64,000 nucleotides of DNA, from assembly GCA_010909165.1 (NCBI GenBank), contig VJWM01000324.1:5559-69558 (forward strand), read 5' to 3'. Of this stretch, positions 35,901-48,629 are shown in pieces (the stretch's first letter is position 1; each line of letters starts with the position of its first letter). The DNA is from Anthoceros angustus (taxonomy: Eukaryota > Plantae > Anthocerotophyta). Position numbers and translations under genes: made by a program. The notes under the pieces are model-generated. The model was not told the origin of the DNA, made no database searches, and saw only the letters and a list, made by a program, of their open reading frames with translations.

Positions 35901-38900
35901 GGGTGAAGACAATCTTGAGAAAAGCTGGGGACATTCTGCAGGCTTACATTTCCAAGTCGAGCTTGCAAGATGAAGAGAACCTGGACCATGTGGACACGTT
36001 TACCACACCAAAACCCAGGAGTAACAGGAAAACAAAGTCTCGGGTTCCGAGCTTGCCTAAAGGATCTGCCAAAAGTACAAGAAATGAGAAGCACCTTGTT
36101 TCACCCACTGAGGACTGCTTGCCAGTACCTACATCTCAGCTTGTGACAGTCGTATTCACCATCGGAGCTGCAGTTCTGGTATGCCCATCAGAAAAGCCAG
36201 GACACATTGTAACCCTATTACAGGCCTTGGTTGCCCCTCAAAAGGTAACACCAGTTTTAGGCCCACAACAAGTGGACGAGGATGGGAGCTCCTTTGTGAT
36301 GGGAGTAGCTCCTGAAGTCACCGTTCAGGTGTGGATCACCCTTGGGAAGCTATGTCTTGCTGACAACAATCTCGCCAAGCGTTGTATTCCCCTGTTCATT
36401 CAGGTAAGTTTGGAGCTTTACGATATGTTTCTGACATTTATTCTTGGGCTTGTGAGTTTGGTGGTACATGTGAAGAGGTTCAGAGCACGAGACTGACTGA
36501 CAGGTGCCACATTAACAGGAGCTCGACCGTAGCAAGTCAGCTGCGATTCGTAACAATATAATGATTGCTATGACGGACTTTTGTGTCCGCTATACTGCTT
36601 TGGTTGACGGGTAAGTCAGCTTTGTGCATGCCGACTAGCTTTTCAAATCCTTGAAGTATGTATGCTGATGATCTTTGGCCTGATTGGTGTATCTTGTGGT
36701 TCATTTTGCCAGATACATTCACAAGTTGACAAAATCCTTGCAGGATCCTTGTGAGCTGGTTCGGAGACAGACATTTGTGCTTCTGGCAAGACTGCTGCAG
36801 GTATGCAAGCTTTGACAACACAATGTCTAGCAGAGAGCTGGTCTGTCCCCCGGAAAGCAGTAAGAGTCATGTCGTCAATGCTTTTATGATATTTTCAGCT
36901 CAGCATGGTAAGGTTGGACCCTCTGGATTTGCAGAGAGATTACGTGAAATGGCGAGGGATGATCTTTCATCGTTTTCTTCTGGCCTTGGTTGATGATTCT
37001 ACCAGAATATGCCAGCTTGCAAACTTTCTGATTGGGACCATTCTTAAAGGTGAGACAAATCTTCAAACAAACCCGCCTGCACCTTCGAGCTTTGCATATC
37101 TCCGTCTCTCAATCTCTGAAAGTCAAATTCTAACATCTGTCTTTTGGTTTTGCGGTCCGAAACACAGTAAAAGCCCCTCTTCTTGCCTACAACAGCTTTG
37201 TCGAGACCATCTTCGTTCTGAATGACTGTCAAGGCCACTCAGGATACAGCAGTGCACTGCGAAGCTCAGAAAGTGAGCGCAGGCTTTTCTCCCTAAGGTG
37301 TGAGAAGATCCTTAACCCGCTCCCCTAATGCTGTGATGTTATGAGTGATAATCATAGCTTGATAGTCAGAGCAATCGTGTGAAGACTCGATCCTTTGTGA
37401 CTTTGTGCAGAGGGAATGGCGATCCGATGGTCACGAAGAGGATGCATATCTACAATTCCCTACTACAGCAGATGGGTCCCGAGCATCTCCTGGCCACTTC
37501 AGCGAAGCTATACGCCGAAATTCTAGCCGCAGCAGTCGATGGTCTACTCGACATTAACGATCCTTCTGCTCAATGCGTGCTTGAGGTACTTCGTGTTACA
37601 TATATGCTGAATCGGTAGGAGTCGGGGAAGTGTTGTGAGTCTGGGAAATGTAACGATTTCCTGGCTGACAAGACGGTTTTATCTCGTTTCCATGGAATGC
37701 TCCTAGGATGCCTTGAAAGTACTGGCGTCGAAGGAGATGCATATCACAAACAAGGGTAATGCTGCAGCAAACGACGGCCTGGATGTGGAGGAAGAAAATG
37801 GCCATGCAGCTGCTGTGGCTGCGGTGAAGGGGCGCGTAGTGACTCAGCTCATGAAGAAGAACCTTGTGCAGAATGCCATCCCCATCTTTATCGAGCTCAA
37901 AAGGTCAGCACACTTTCCTGCCTTGCGGTTCTGCTTGCCACGCTTTCAAGTACCGCTCGCTCACTGTCTGACGTCATACTTGGCGCAGGATGCTGGAAAG
38001 CAGGAACAGCCCTCTGGTAGGAATGCTGATGGAGTGCCTCCGGGTGCTGCTCAAAGACTACAAGAACGAGATCGAAGAAATCTTGGTTGCAGACAAGCAG
38101 CTTCAGAAAGAGATCATGTACGACATCCAGAAGTATGAAGCAGCGAAAGCTCGTGGAAGAGTAGCAGTGGCTGCTGCAGAGATTTCCAGAACAGCAGCCG
38201 CGCCAGGGCACGCAACGCCATCTGGCACACAAATGGCGCGTGTGACTGAGCCTGGACGCGTCGAGGAAAGAGCACCTCCAGGTGAAGCGGCCGCACTGAG
38301 CCCTGCGAGCGTCAGGAGACCTCGCGGAGGAGAGACAACTCCAAGCCGGGTCGGAATCAGGGACAGGGAGAAGGAAAACGGTGGTGCATCCAACCGAAAT
38401 GTCCATGGCGAGTGTTCAAGGGTATTGCGCAGCTCCACAGCGAAGAAAAGGGCGGCCAGTGCAGGTCCTGCAGCTCCATCCCCTCGCGTCACTTGGTTGG
38501 ACCAAACGTCTGGGTACTCAAGGCCAGAGTATCCATCAACACGGCCGGAACCTTCAGGGCTCCTGGACAGGACACCTAATCCGCGCATGGGACGCCCGCC
38601 TGTGACTCCGAGCCCGTGCATCCGGGCTCCTGGCATTCCCTCAGCAAGCAGGCCTCCGACTCCGGCGTCTCATCTCGTGGGGGCCGTAGCAGACGTGGCT
38701 GCTGCGGCCACGGCGGCGGCCGTGCTCAAGGAGGTGAACGGCAAATCTTCCACCCCCTTGAAGTCCATGTCCATTCCCAGAATGAAGCTTGCCACTCCTG
38801 TTACTAGGCAGGATGAACTTGCACACACTCCCTCGGCCAGAGGGCAGGAGAACCTGCCATCACTGGGGGACATGGATACCCTGGAAGCTGGCCAGCCAAG

Positions 38901-38979
38901 GGGTTCCCCAACTTTTGTAGCGAGGTCTCAAGCACCATCTGGTTCCAGGAGGCGGACAAGGTCGCACAACAACGGGTAA
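32916..38979 (+). CDS. CAP-D3: Condensin II complex subunit D3 (HEAT repeats)
   Basis: RCSDKVPTIRARAL, DEKAGVRKAAL, WITLGKLCLAD..LAKRCIPLFIQEL, IRNNI....DFCVRYTALVD and RDYVKWRG. Predicted exons: 32916-34817, 34910-35707, 35816-36403, 36519-36610, 36713-36800, 36935-37049, 37168-37297, 37411-37585, 37707-37903, 37989-38979. Confidence 0.93.
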
Positions 38980-39172
38980 CCCTCTGCGCTGAACGCCATC
39001 ATGCCTCTCCTTCTAAGCCACATGTAGATTATTGACTCCCCTGCTAACACATTTCAAACACCCTATGCACTACTAGAGAGGCTTCCCATCGGTTGTAACA
39101 TAGCGCTGTCGTCGGAGGATTCAGGATTATGTACTGTTATCCGTTATTATTATTAATCCGTTACACAAACCA

Positions 39173-39910
39173 CTACCTTCTGGGCAAGGATCCCATGAAG
39201 GCAATGTAGGATGATTCTAGGTCAAAGGCTAGCTCCCGGGATTGTCGCTCACTCAACTCATCTGAGGCCTGCATCTTGTTCAGACTGCAAATCCAATCCC
39301 TTCCCTCCTTGGAAGTCCGGGGATAAATGATGGACTCGATTGAGCGCTGTTAGTAGATCCATCAGTATAGGCTGGACTTGGTCCGCAGCAACCATGTTCA
39401 GCTTCACCGCATCCATGGCTGTGATGAATTGCTCCACGCACTGAGCGACAGCCACGGCCGTAGACGAGCCATCCGATGTTGCTCCCTTGTGCTCAACAGT
39501 GGCAGGAAGTCCAGACACGAGAAGGCGATTCACTGCGGCAGGGCACCGCATCTCATACCTGCAGGTCTCACAGCCAATTCAACTTGTCAGAAACGCACTG
39601 GACCCTGGACGAGGATATCCCATTACCCTAATTCGCGAACAGAGCATCACCAACACGATAACGGATTGGGCTTTCACTTTTTCATGAAATTTTGGACGTC
39701 GGGGACGGTGTTGCTGAGGGTGGCATTTAGAGCTCGGAATTGAGATATGAGCTTGTTGCATTCTGGCTCGTATTCCTGGTCGCTGATGAGATCCCTCACA
39801 TACGCCAATTCTAACTTTTCGGTGGTGGTGATGATGGCAAACAGGTCAGCCAAGTTTTCATACATGTCTCTCTCTCGTTCGTCCTCCCACAAGCTAACCG
39901 GCTCGGCCAT
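39173..39910 (-). pseudogene. VPS28: ESCRT-I subunit VPS28 with an apparent frameshift (pseudogene or sequence error)
   Basis: ERDMYENLADLFAII.TTEKLE.AYVRD, CPAAVNRL, FITAMDAVKLNM and DEL...Q.R.L.FDLESSY. One intron (~39678-39559). Frame changes near 39300-39306 after PDFQG. Confidence 0.85.
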
Positions 39911-40287
39911 CCTTGTTTGTTGATGCTATCGGCAAATTCAGTTGCAGCCTGGAAGACATACTAGGTTACATATGTAGGAGGTACTCGTGACTGTCTAGAA
40001 GTAGAAATTGCTACACAAAGTCTCCGAGATACACAGCAAGTTGGTGCCAGTCTAGCCAAGCACACAGGTGTAAGTATGTATCTTTAGAGCCTATCTCACA
40101 AAGGGCTAGTTTTCGTTATGACCTGCCCCGGCTGTAGAAATGGAGCACGTGGGCGAAGGCAACGTGCGAGCGGCGTTCCAAGTTGCGCGGTCGGCATGGC
40201 AACCTGCAGGGCCAAGAGGAGGGTAGCAGCGGTACAAATCCGCGAGCTCCAAGATGCTGGGAAGGAATCCGCCTCCCGAGCCGCACA

Positions 40288-40804
40288 ATGGCCGGCAAGC
40301 TCATCCCCGGCTTGTTCGAGTCGATGCTCTGCTTGCTCCTCGACCTGCGAGCGGCAGCAGGCAGCAATGGCAACGGAAACGGGAACGGGGCAGAAACGGG
40401 AACGGGAACGGGAACGGAAACGGAAACGGAAACGGAAACGGAAACGGCAATGGCAGCGGCGATGGTGGGAGAAACAACGGCTATGACTTGAAGTGGTCGG
40501 GGAACGCGCCGGCCCTGGCCGCGCTGCAGTCCACCCCGGAGGACATGATCTACGGCAACGAGACGTGGGGCTTACTCTTCGCCGTCACCGACGTGGGCGC
40601 CATCCCGCCCTCCTCGAGGCTACTTGGTGGTGGTCTTCGACATCCCAGCCCAGCACAGCAGCACGGTGGATTTTGTGCGCTCTGACATCGTTGATGACGT
40701 GAATGGAATCATCGACAGCTCTGCGTTCTCCGGTATGTGCTTCGACACCAACTCGTGCAGCTTGCCTTGCTCGATCTCGGCCGAACAGCTCTATCTGAAC
40801 CGGG
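40288..40804 (+). pseudogene. Disrupted gene for a putative secreted protein with a (GN)n repeat, truncated by a copia LTR
   Basis: Signal-like MAGKLIPGLFESMLCLLLDLRAAA, then (GN)n, then YDLKWSG...PEDMIY...LFAVTD and VVVFD...FSGMCFD across frameshifts at ~40390 and ~40620. Confidence 0.5.
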
Positions 40805-42041
40805 TGACAATATTGCTTTGTGAGCACAGGAGTGCAGCGGTGGGTCGTGGGAGGCCATTCTCAAGGAGCCATCGCCACCACTGTGTACGGTACTTCTAGA
40901 ACTTATACTCATAACTCTAATATGTGATGTGTTGCACCAATCCTATAGATTTCTGACACTCCCACTCAACACATCCGTGCTACTCTTTTAAGCTTAACAT
41001 CTTGCTAAACTTAACGTGCTTCTCTAAAGTCAACCCTTTGGTCAAAACATCTGCAGGCATGTCCACAGTGGGACAATACGCTAGCTCTATCTCCTTGGAT
41101 TCTCCATGATGAAGTGATGCTTTACTTCAATGTGTTTCGTCCTCGCGTGAAAAGTAGCATTCTTTGCTAAGTAAATGCAACCCTGATTGTAGTTGAAGAT
41201 GGTTGTTGCACCCATACCTTAAATCCCATTTCTTGAGCAATCGTCGTAGCCATATTGCTTCCATTGTTGCGAGATATTGCCATGTACTCCATACAGAGGA
41301 CAAAGCCACGATGGTGCGCCTACTACTCCATGAAATGGCTCCCCCAAATAGCATAAACACATATCCTGTGGTAGACTTGCGGCCATCGACACCTCCAGCC
41401 CAATCTGAATCACAAAATCCAACCACCTGGGCGTCTTCATGTCGATCCTTTTGGTATTTCAACTTCCAATGTTTTGTGCCGCGCAAGTATCTGGATATCC
41501 TCTTGATTGCTTGATAATGCTGTTGTCGAGAGTTGGCCAAGAATCGACTCACAACTCCCACTGCCTCTGCAATGTCGGGCCTTGTCCCTGTTGCCAAATA
41601 TGTAAGGCGATAGCGGCACGTTGATAGAGAGTCTTATCTATCTTCTCTTTCTCCTTTTCGGTTGTAGGGCTCATCTCCTGCGATAGCTTCTCATTGAAGA
41701 TCATTGGCGTCTTCATGGGTTTGCAATCTTGCATAAGCGGCTCAATATGGTCTCCACATATGTTTTGTTGGCTCAAAGAGATGCATTTGTTAGCCCTATT
41801 CCTTTCCACCTTTATTCCTAGGGAATAGTGGAGCTCACCCAAATCTCTCATGTCAAAGCTTGCATTAAGGCTTTGCTTTACTAAGTCTAAGAGTTCCATG
41901 TCATTGCTAGCGATAATCTTTTCGTCCACATAGACAGCAATGATAATTATGGATTCTCCCACTCTCTTCACATAGATATTCCAATCAGCATTGGTTTTCT
42001 TGAAACCTCTAGACTGGAAAAATACATCAACCTTACGATAC
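40805..42041 (-). mobile_element. Ty1/copia 3' part: RT C-half, RNase H, PPT and short 3' LTR (40805-40958)
   Basis: AVYVD, MRDLGELHYSLGI, TRPDIA, GFCDSDWAG...RKSTTGY and PADVLTK. PPT TTGAGTGGGAG followed by TGTCAG at 40958 on the minus strand. Confidence 0.92.
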
Positions 42042-45000
42042 TGTGGGCCACGGACTCTCCCCTTGGGTAGGAAATGAGCTAGGTTTTGTTTTTTTTCGTA
42101 GGCGCGGAGTAGAAAATAAGGCGGAAAGGGAGACATAAGGTCGGGATACTCCGACGCACTTGAGTAGGCGAGAGGCTCGGATCGCACTCGAAGGGGCCCC
42201 GGACCGCACTCCGGAAGAGCTACGGACGACACTCCGGAGTGGATATAGACTGCACTCCGGAGCGCACCGTGGTAAGTCCGAACTACACTCCGGAGGCGGA
42301 TGATAATCGCCAAGTAAAGTAACTTAGGAGTCGGAGCGTATTTTAGGCAGACGAGGCCACGTGGACGGTACAGAGAGGTGAACGGGCATGCAGCGGACCA
42401 GGACCGTAGGGTTGCCAGTGGCGTTATCGGTATTCACGCTCCAGATGCAATGTATGCAAGGCTGACTGTGGCGTAAGCGGAGTATGTGGCGCGTAAGGCT
42501 AGAGTAAGCCATGCGGGCCTCTGACAGTTACGGGCAGCGAAGAGACGCCCCTCCGCCCAGCGGCTACTCTCGACGTCGCGGGCCGGAGCGAAGGTCATTC
42601 TTCCCAGTGACCTCGCGACGGTTTTCGCAGTCTCTTGCGCTCAGACACCCAGCTCTCTGGCGTTGTCTTTTCGAGCGCCCAGGCACTCTCGCACGCGGCT
42701 CACCCTCGTGGTTGGAGCGACCAACGCAGCGACAAGAGGGCAGAAGAGTGTTGAGCCACAACTGTGAACAATGAAAGAGCCTGACAATGGGACCCAAGAA
42801 GGCGGAAGTGTGGAGCCACAGCGCGTGGAGCGCAACATCATCACCAAGCAATACCCGGGCTGGAGGAAGCGGAGGAGCTAGTGGAGCAATGGCACCTGGA
42901 CATCTTCAGCGCGGTCTGGACGGAATTTGTCACTCTCGTCCGAGAGTACGCTCGGAAGATGTTGGCGGTCGCCAACAAGGAGGTTCGCTCCAAGAGCCTG
43001 AGGGAGGACCCCAGGAGGTGGACCGTGGAGGTCCTGAGGGCGGTTTACAACCGCCCAGTGGAAGAAATTGGGGGCGTAGTCCCGGAGCCCCTCAAGGTGA
43101 GGGGAAAGGTAGAGGCGGCGGGCGGCAATGTTGAGAACCCGAGGGGCTGCTTGATGTCCAGCTGGTTGATGTCGACTGGAGGGAGTGAGGCGTGGCCAAG
43201 GTCATTGTCCACCGAACATGCTCACCAAGGTGGATCACCTGGTAACAACCTTTTGTGTTCCTTCACGCTCTGCTAGGGAAGAGGGCCGGGGCGATCATCT
43301 TCGCCGGATCAACCAGAGGCGAAGCTACGGGCGAGAAGCCACCTCGCCACTATCGCCCTTCCTCATCCATGTATGGGGACACCTCAACCTCAAGGAGGGA
43401 GGAGGAGGAGCCTTCCGAGGAAGTGGCGGCCTTGCAGGCGGAGCATGAAGGAGGGAAGGCGCCCGGGCGGAGGTCCGACCTCCTAAGGCCAAAGCAGGCC
43501 CGGGAGGATGACGATTGGGAAGGGATTCCGGATTCCATACCATTGAACGGACCCCCTCGCCGCCCAGGAGGTATGGAAGATATTCCTGCCTCCCTTCTTT
43601 TGGTTCCGGCATGAGCTCCCCGTGCTTGGACGGAGCACCCACAGGGAGAGAACTGGCGATTGCAGGCGCCCACACCAAGAACCCACCACGGCCCCAGTGA
43701 GCCTCGCCCGGACGGGAGAGTCATCAAGAGCCTAAGATGGCTCCCACCAAAGCGCCAAGGCGCACGGTTCCCTCTGCCTACCTACAGTGGCGGGAGGCGG
43801 AGGAAGCCGTAAGAAGGGCGGAGCGGATGCCGCCCAAGGCGCAGGGGCCACTAGCGAACCACACACGGGCCGATCTGCCTCCGGCAGGGAAGGCAAGCGA
43901 GCCGACTCGGGACCCCTCACCACCTCCGAGCCCCAAAGCGAAGCGGAGGAGAAGGAGTTGGGCCCCAAGGCCAAGGAGGTGGAAGGACGGACAGTACTCG
44001 GACACGAGGGTCCCGATCAGTCCCGAGAGGGCCTTAACACCGTACATTGACAAGAGAACGTCCGGTTGCATTTGGTGGTGGGTTGTGTCTTCCATGTCAT
44101 TGCTAGCAATAATCAAATCGTCCACATAGCAATGATAATTATGGATTCTCCCACTCTCTTCACATAGATATTCCAATCGGCATTGGTTTTCTTGAAACCT
44201 CTGAGGCATCAACCTTACGATCATGGGCCACCGGACTCTCCCTTGGGTAGGAAATGAGCTAGGTTTTGTTTTTTTCGTAGGCGCGGAGTAGAAAATAAGG
44301 CGGAAAGGGAGACATAAGGTCGGGATACTCCGAACTGCACTTCGGAGTAGGCAGAGGGGCTCCGGATCGCACTCCGAAGGGGCCCCGGACCGCACTCCGG
44401 AAGAGCTACGGACGACACTCCGGAGTGGATATAGACTGCACTCCGGAGCGCACCGTGGTAAGTCCGAACTACACTCCGGAGCAGGACGGGATAAGTACGC
44501 CAAGTAAAGTAACTTAGGAGTCGGAGCGTATTTTAGGCAGACGAGGCCACGTGGGCAGTGCAGAGGTGAGCGGGCATGCAGCCGGACCCGGGACCGTAGG
44601 GTTGCGGTGGCCGTTATGGGTGTATTCACGCTCCCAAGGTGCAGTGGCTAGAGGCCGCGGCGTGGGCGAGTATGTGGCGCGTAAGGCTGGGAAGTAAGCC
44701 ATGCGGGCCTCGGCGATTCTGGCAGCGAAGACGCCCTCCTGGCCTCCTCACGTCGCGGGCCGGAGCGAAGGTCATTCTTCCCAGTGACCTCGCGGCGGTT
44801 TTCGCGATCTCTGCGCTCGGACACCCAACTCTGGCGTTGTCTTTTGAGCGCCTTGCACTCTCGCACGCGGCTCACCCTCGTGGTTGGAGCGACCAACGCA
44901 GCGACAAGAGGGCAGAAGAGTGTTGAGCCACAACTTCCAACAGCGGAGCGGAAAGAGCGCGGCAATGGGACCCAAGAAGGCGGCGGAAGTGTGGGAGCCC

Positions 45001-46286
45001 TGGCGCTTGGTGGAGCGCAACATCATCACCAAGCAATACCCGGGCTGGAGGAAGCGGAGGAGCTAGTGGAGCAATGGCACCTGGACATCTTCAGCCGCGA
45101 TGCGCGTTTGACGGCGTCACTCTCGTCGAGGAAACGCTCGGAAGATGTTGGCAGTCGCCAACAAGGAGGTTTGCTCCAAGAGCCCGAGGAGGACCCGGAG
45201 GTGTGGAGGTCTAAGGCGGTTTACAACCGCCCTGGAAAAATTGCGTAGTCCGGGCCCCTCAAGGTGAGGGAAAGGTAAAGGCGGCGGGCGGCAATGTTGA
45301 GGCAGGGGCCAGCGGTGGGTCAGCAATGGTTGATGTCGACTGCTTTGGACGGTGAGTGAGGCGATGGCCAAGGTCATTGTCCTGGAACATGCTCACCAAG
45401 GTGGATCACCTTAGTAACAACCTTTTGTGTTCCTTCACGCCTCTGACGGGAAGAGGGCCGGTGAGGCAGATCATCTTCGCCGGATCAACCAGAGGCGAAG
45501 CTACGGGCGAGAAGCCACCTCGCCACTATCGCCCTTCCTCATCCATGTATGGGGACACCTCAACCTCAAGGAGGAGGAGGAGGAGCCTTCCGAGGAAGTG
45601 GCGGCCTTGCAGGCGGAGCATGAAGGAGGGAAGGCGCCCGGGCGGAGGTCCGACCTCCTAAGGCCAAAGCAGGCCCGGGAGGATGACGATTGGGAAGGGA
45701 TTCCGGATTCCATACCATTGAACGGACCCCCTCGCCGCCCAGGAGGTATGGAAGATATTCCTGCCTCCCTTCTTTTGGTTCCGGCATGAGCTCCCCGTGC
45801 TTGGACGGAGCACCCACAGGGAGAGAACTGGCGATTGCAGGCGCCCACACCAAGAACCCACCACGGCCCCAGTGAGCCTCGCCCGGACGGGAGAGTCATC
45901 AAGAGCCTAAGATGGCTCCCACCAAAGCGCCAAGGCGCACGGTTCCCTCTGCCTACCTACAGTGGCGGGAGGCGGAGGAAGCCGTAAGAAGGGCGGAGCG
46001 GATGCCGCCCAAGGCGCAGGGGCCACTAGCGAACCACACACGGGCCGATCTGCCTCCGGCAGGGAAGGCAAGCGAGCCGACTCGGGACCCCTCACCACCT
46101 CCGAGCCCCAAACGAAGACAGGAGGAGAAGGAGTTAGCGGCCCAACGGGCCAAGGAGGTGGAAGGACCGGACCAGGGTACTCAGGACCTGAGGGTCCTGA
46201 TCAGGTCCGGAGAGGGCCTTAACACCGTACATTCGAACAGTAGAACGTCCGGTTGCATTTGACTGGTGGGTTGTGTCTTCCATGTC
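41894..46286. repeat. ~2.19-kb tandem duplication
   Basis: Units 41894-44089 and 44090-46277. Junction microhomology TTCCATGTC at 41894, 44090 and 46278. Confidence 0.9.
42042..46230 (+). mobile_element. Family A element (terminus plus ORF N-half), present twice through a tandem duplication
   Basis: Begins TGTGGGCCACGGACT, homologous to 49330 and to the reverse complement of 63696. ORF fragments KKAAEVWEPWRLV, WHLDIFS and TLVREYARKML. Confidence 0.8.
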
Positions 46287-46362
46287 TGTAGTGTGCCAAC
46301 ACTTGCCTTGAGTGGGGTGCCCTACCTGAGAACTTCAAGGAGCACATATTCAAGGCCAGAGC

Positions 46363-47135
46363 TTGGAAGCAGATGGAGGAGTCGCGTGCCTTGAAATCGA
46401 CCACATCGAGGATAAGTCGATGACCATCGTGAACGACTCCAAGCCAGAAAAACCTAGCAAGGTCGGGATACTGTGTGGCAACATAGTGAACATGGCCCGG
46501 TTTGTAGAGCCTCGACCGTATGCTTTGCTGTTGTTAGACCTCCCTAGAGGCTTGGATCTAGATCCCCAATCACGAGAGTATGACACAAGATTTACCAAGG
46601 CAGAGTTTGAAGGGGTCATCATGCAGTTCAAAGGCATCACCACATCCCAAGTATTTTGTATTGTGGTCTTCCATTCTCCGGATGACACATCTATGGTGAG
46701 AGAAGTGCTGATGGAAGCGTGCAGGGGTGCTGTGACGACATGTTACTGGCATAAAACCAATGTGACAGCATTGTCAGAGGACAGGCTGTACGATGCAGGG
46801 GACTTTTTCACTTGCGCCGTAGGGAGCTTGGATAAGGATTGTGTGCCTCAACCGTTTGTACTCAGAGAACCGACGCAACTTGGCGGTGGAGTGACAACTT
46901 TGTTTGCCGAGCGAGCAGTGGAACTAAAATTGTGTTACAACACTGCAGATGATCGGGTTGTTTCCCCCTATCAGAGGCCCCTAAGACTCTTGAAGAGGTT
47001 GATTCATGTATCTGATGAGGAGATTGGGTCTTTGGGAGTGCGAGGATCGGGATCGGTATGATAGCAGCTGTTTAGTTATGCCGTAATGTCATTTCTGTTG
47101 ATGTGGATCCAGTGCGCTCAATTCATGGATCTTGA
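46363..47135 (+). pseudogene. Beta-class N4-cytosine/N6-adenine DNA methyltransferase-like frame (N6_N4_Mtase) inside the TE nest
   Basis: Motif IV-like LLLLDLPRG...YD, YWHKTN and SPYQRPLRLLKRLI. Across frameshifts: SDEGDWVF...GSGS.MIAAV*LCRNVISVDVDP (motifs I-II). Confidence 0.75.
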
Positions 47136-48629
47136 ATCAATTCCATGGACGGTGGTTAAGAGGAGGAGGTAGGCGAGGAGCCAGCTATGGAGGCGGAAAG
47201 ATGTTCAATAAGGAGCCCATGGTGAACAACATGGTGGTGCCGGGTTCATATGTGTCGTTGAGCGAGACCAACGAGGAAGCCTGAGACCAAAGGTCATATG
47301 GCATGTGGTGAAGCAGCTGCAGGCGACAACCCAATGGTCCTTGGGGATGCGGAGCAGCAAGTGAAGGATGCAGAAGAGCCCCCTCATGCGGGTTGGCTTG
47401 ACAGCCAAATGGTGGGGGATGTAGGATTGGAAAACTTTGCTCCACAGATCGAGGTGTGTCGTGCAGACAGTGGATAGGCTGCGTGTTTGTTTCGAGGATT
47501 CTGGTAGGAGGAACGGTGTGGTCTTAAAGCCGGACGGTAGGTGTGGTAGCACTTTTTAACGTGCATGCATGCGGGCTATGAACACAACAAACACATCGGT
47601 GACAGGTCCACAGGCGAGACCTAGACAACCAACACGGTGCTGGTGGAGCACGCAAGCCAGAAGCATGGGAGTCTGTTGCTGCACAGTCAGGCAAGGTATG
47701 GATTTCACAGAAACAATGGACCGATTTCACAGAAGCGCATGCGGCGTCCACTCGTACAGACAGAGTAGAACAATACAATCACCAAACTGTTCTAATCCTC
47801 CTGCTAGGGAAGAGTGTGTATGCGGTACACACATGTAACAGTATGACTTTCTCCAATTTTATCCTTGACCACCACTAAGAACACCTGGACATGTCAGGTG
47901 CTCCTTTGCCCTCCACACCATTCACACTGCTCCAACCCCAGTAGTGGAATCCAGAAGCAGGTCAACATGTTGCAATAGTATCACGGTTTATGCGCACTCG
48001 CCTCAACCGCCCTAAGGACCAAGCAATGAAGCAAGCGGGATCACTCGGCGTGCTTGGAACATGTTGTCCATTGCCAGCAGCCTACGTCAACCAATTCCAT
48101 CGCCCATGTGGAATTCTCGTTTGATGGTCGGTGTCGAGGTGGGGTCTCCATCGCATGCAAATATTCCGGTGGCAAGCCACTTCAAGCGATTAGCGACCGT
48201 CGCTCTGCAGTGTCTGAACATGGCGGTAGGCGGCGATCCAAAATCTTCCTCCACTCCGCGCCATTTGTGGGCGAGATGCAAGGTTTATGCGCAGGCGTCC
48301 GGTGCCACCACGACCCTCCCCACTAATGTAGAGGGTGACCATGACGGTGGACACCGACTCAACACATGTGGACTTTCCATTGCGCGTTTGCATTTTTGTT
48401 GTCCATACAAAGTTGCCCTGATTTTCAAAAACTGCGTTTATATATAATGTACCCCGCTGGTTAGCTAAAGTAATATGAGATGAGGACATACAAATATGGT
48501 AAAACAGATCTCTCTATCATTTGCTCCTAGGTTCAGGGGGTTTTTTTTTTAGATGGAATCATGAAAACATGGTTTTGGATGGTTTTTGTATACCTTTCGA
48601 CTCTGTGTACACCCTTCCAACTAGTGACC

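Noticed and set aside
41549-42313. 254-aa ORF as a gene
   Set aside because: Chimeric read-through from the family A terminus into copia RT.
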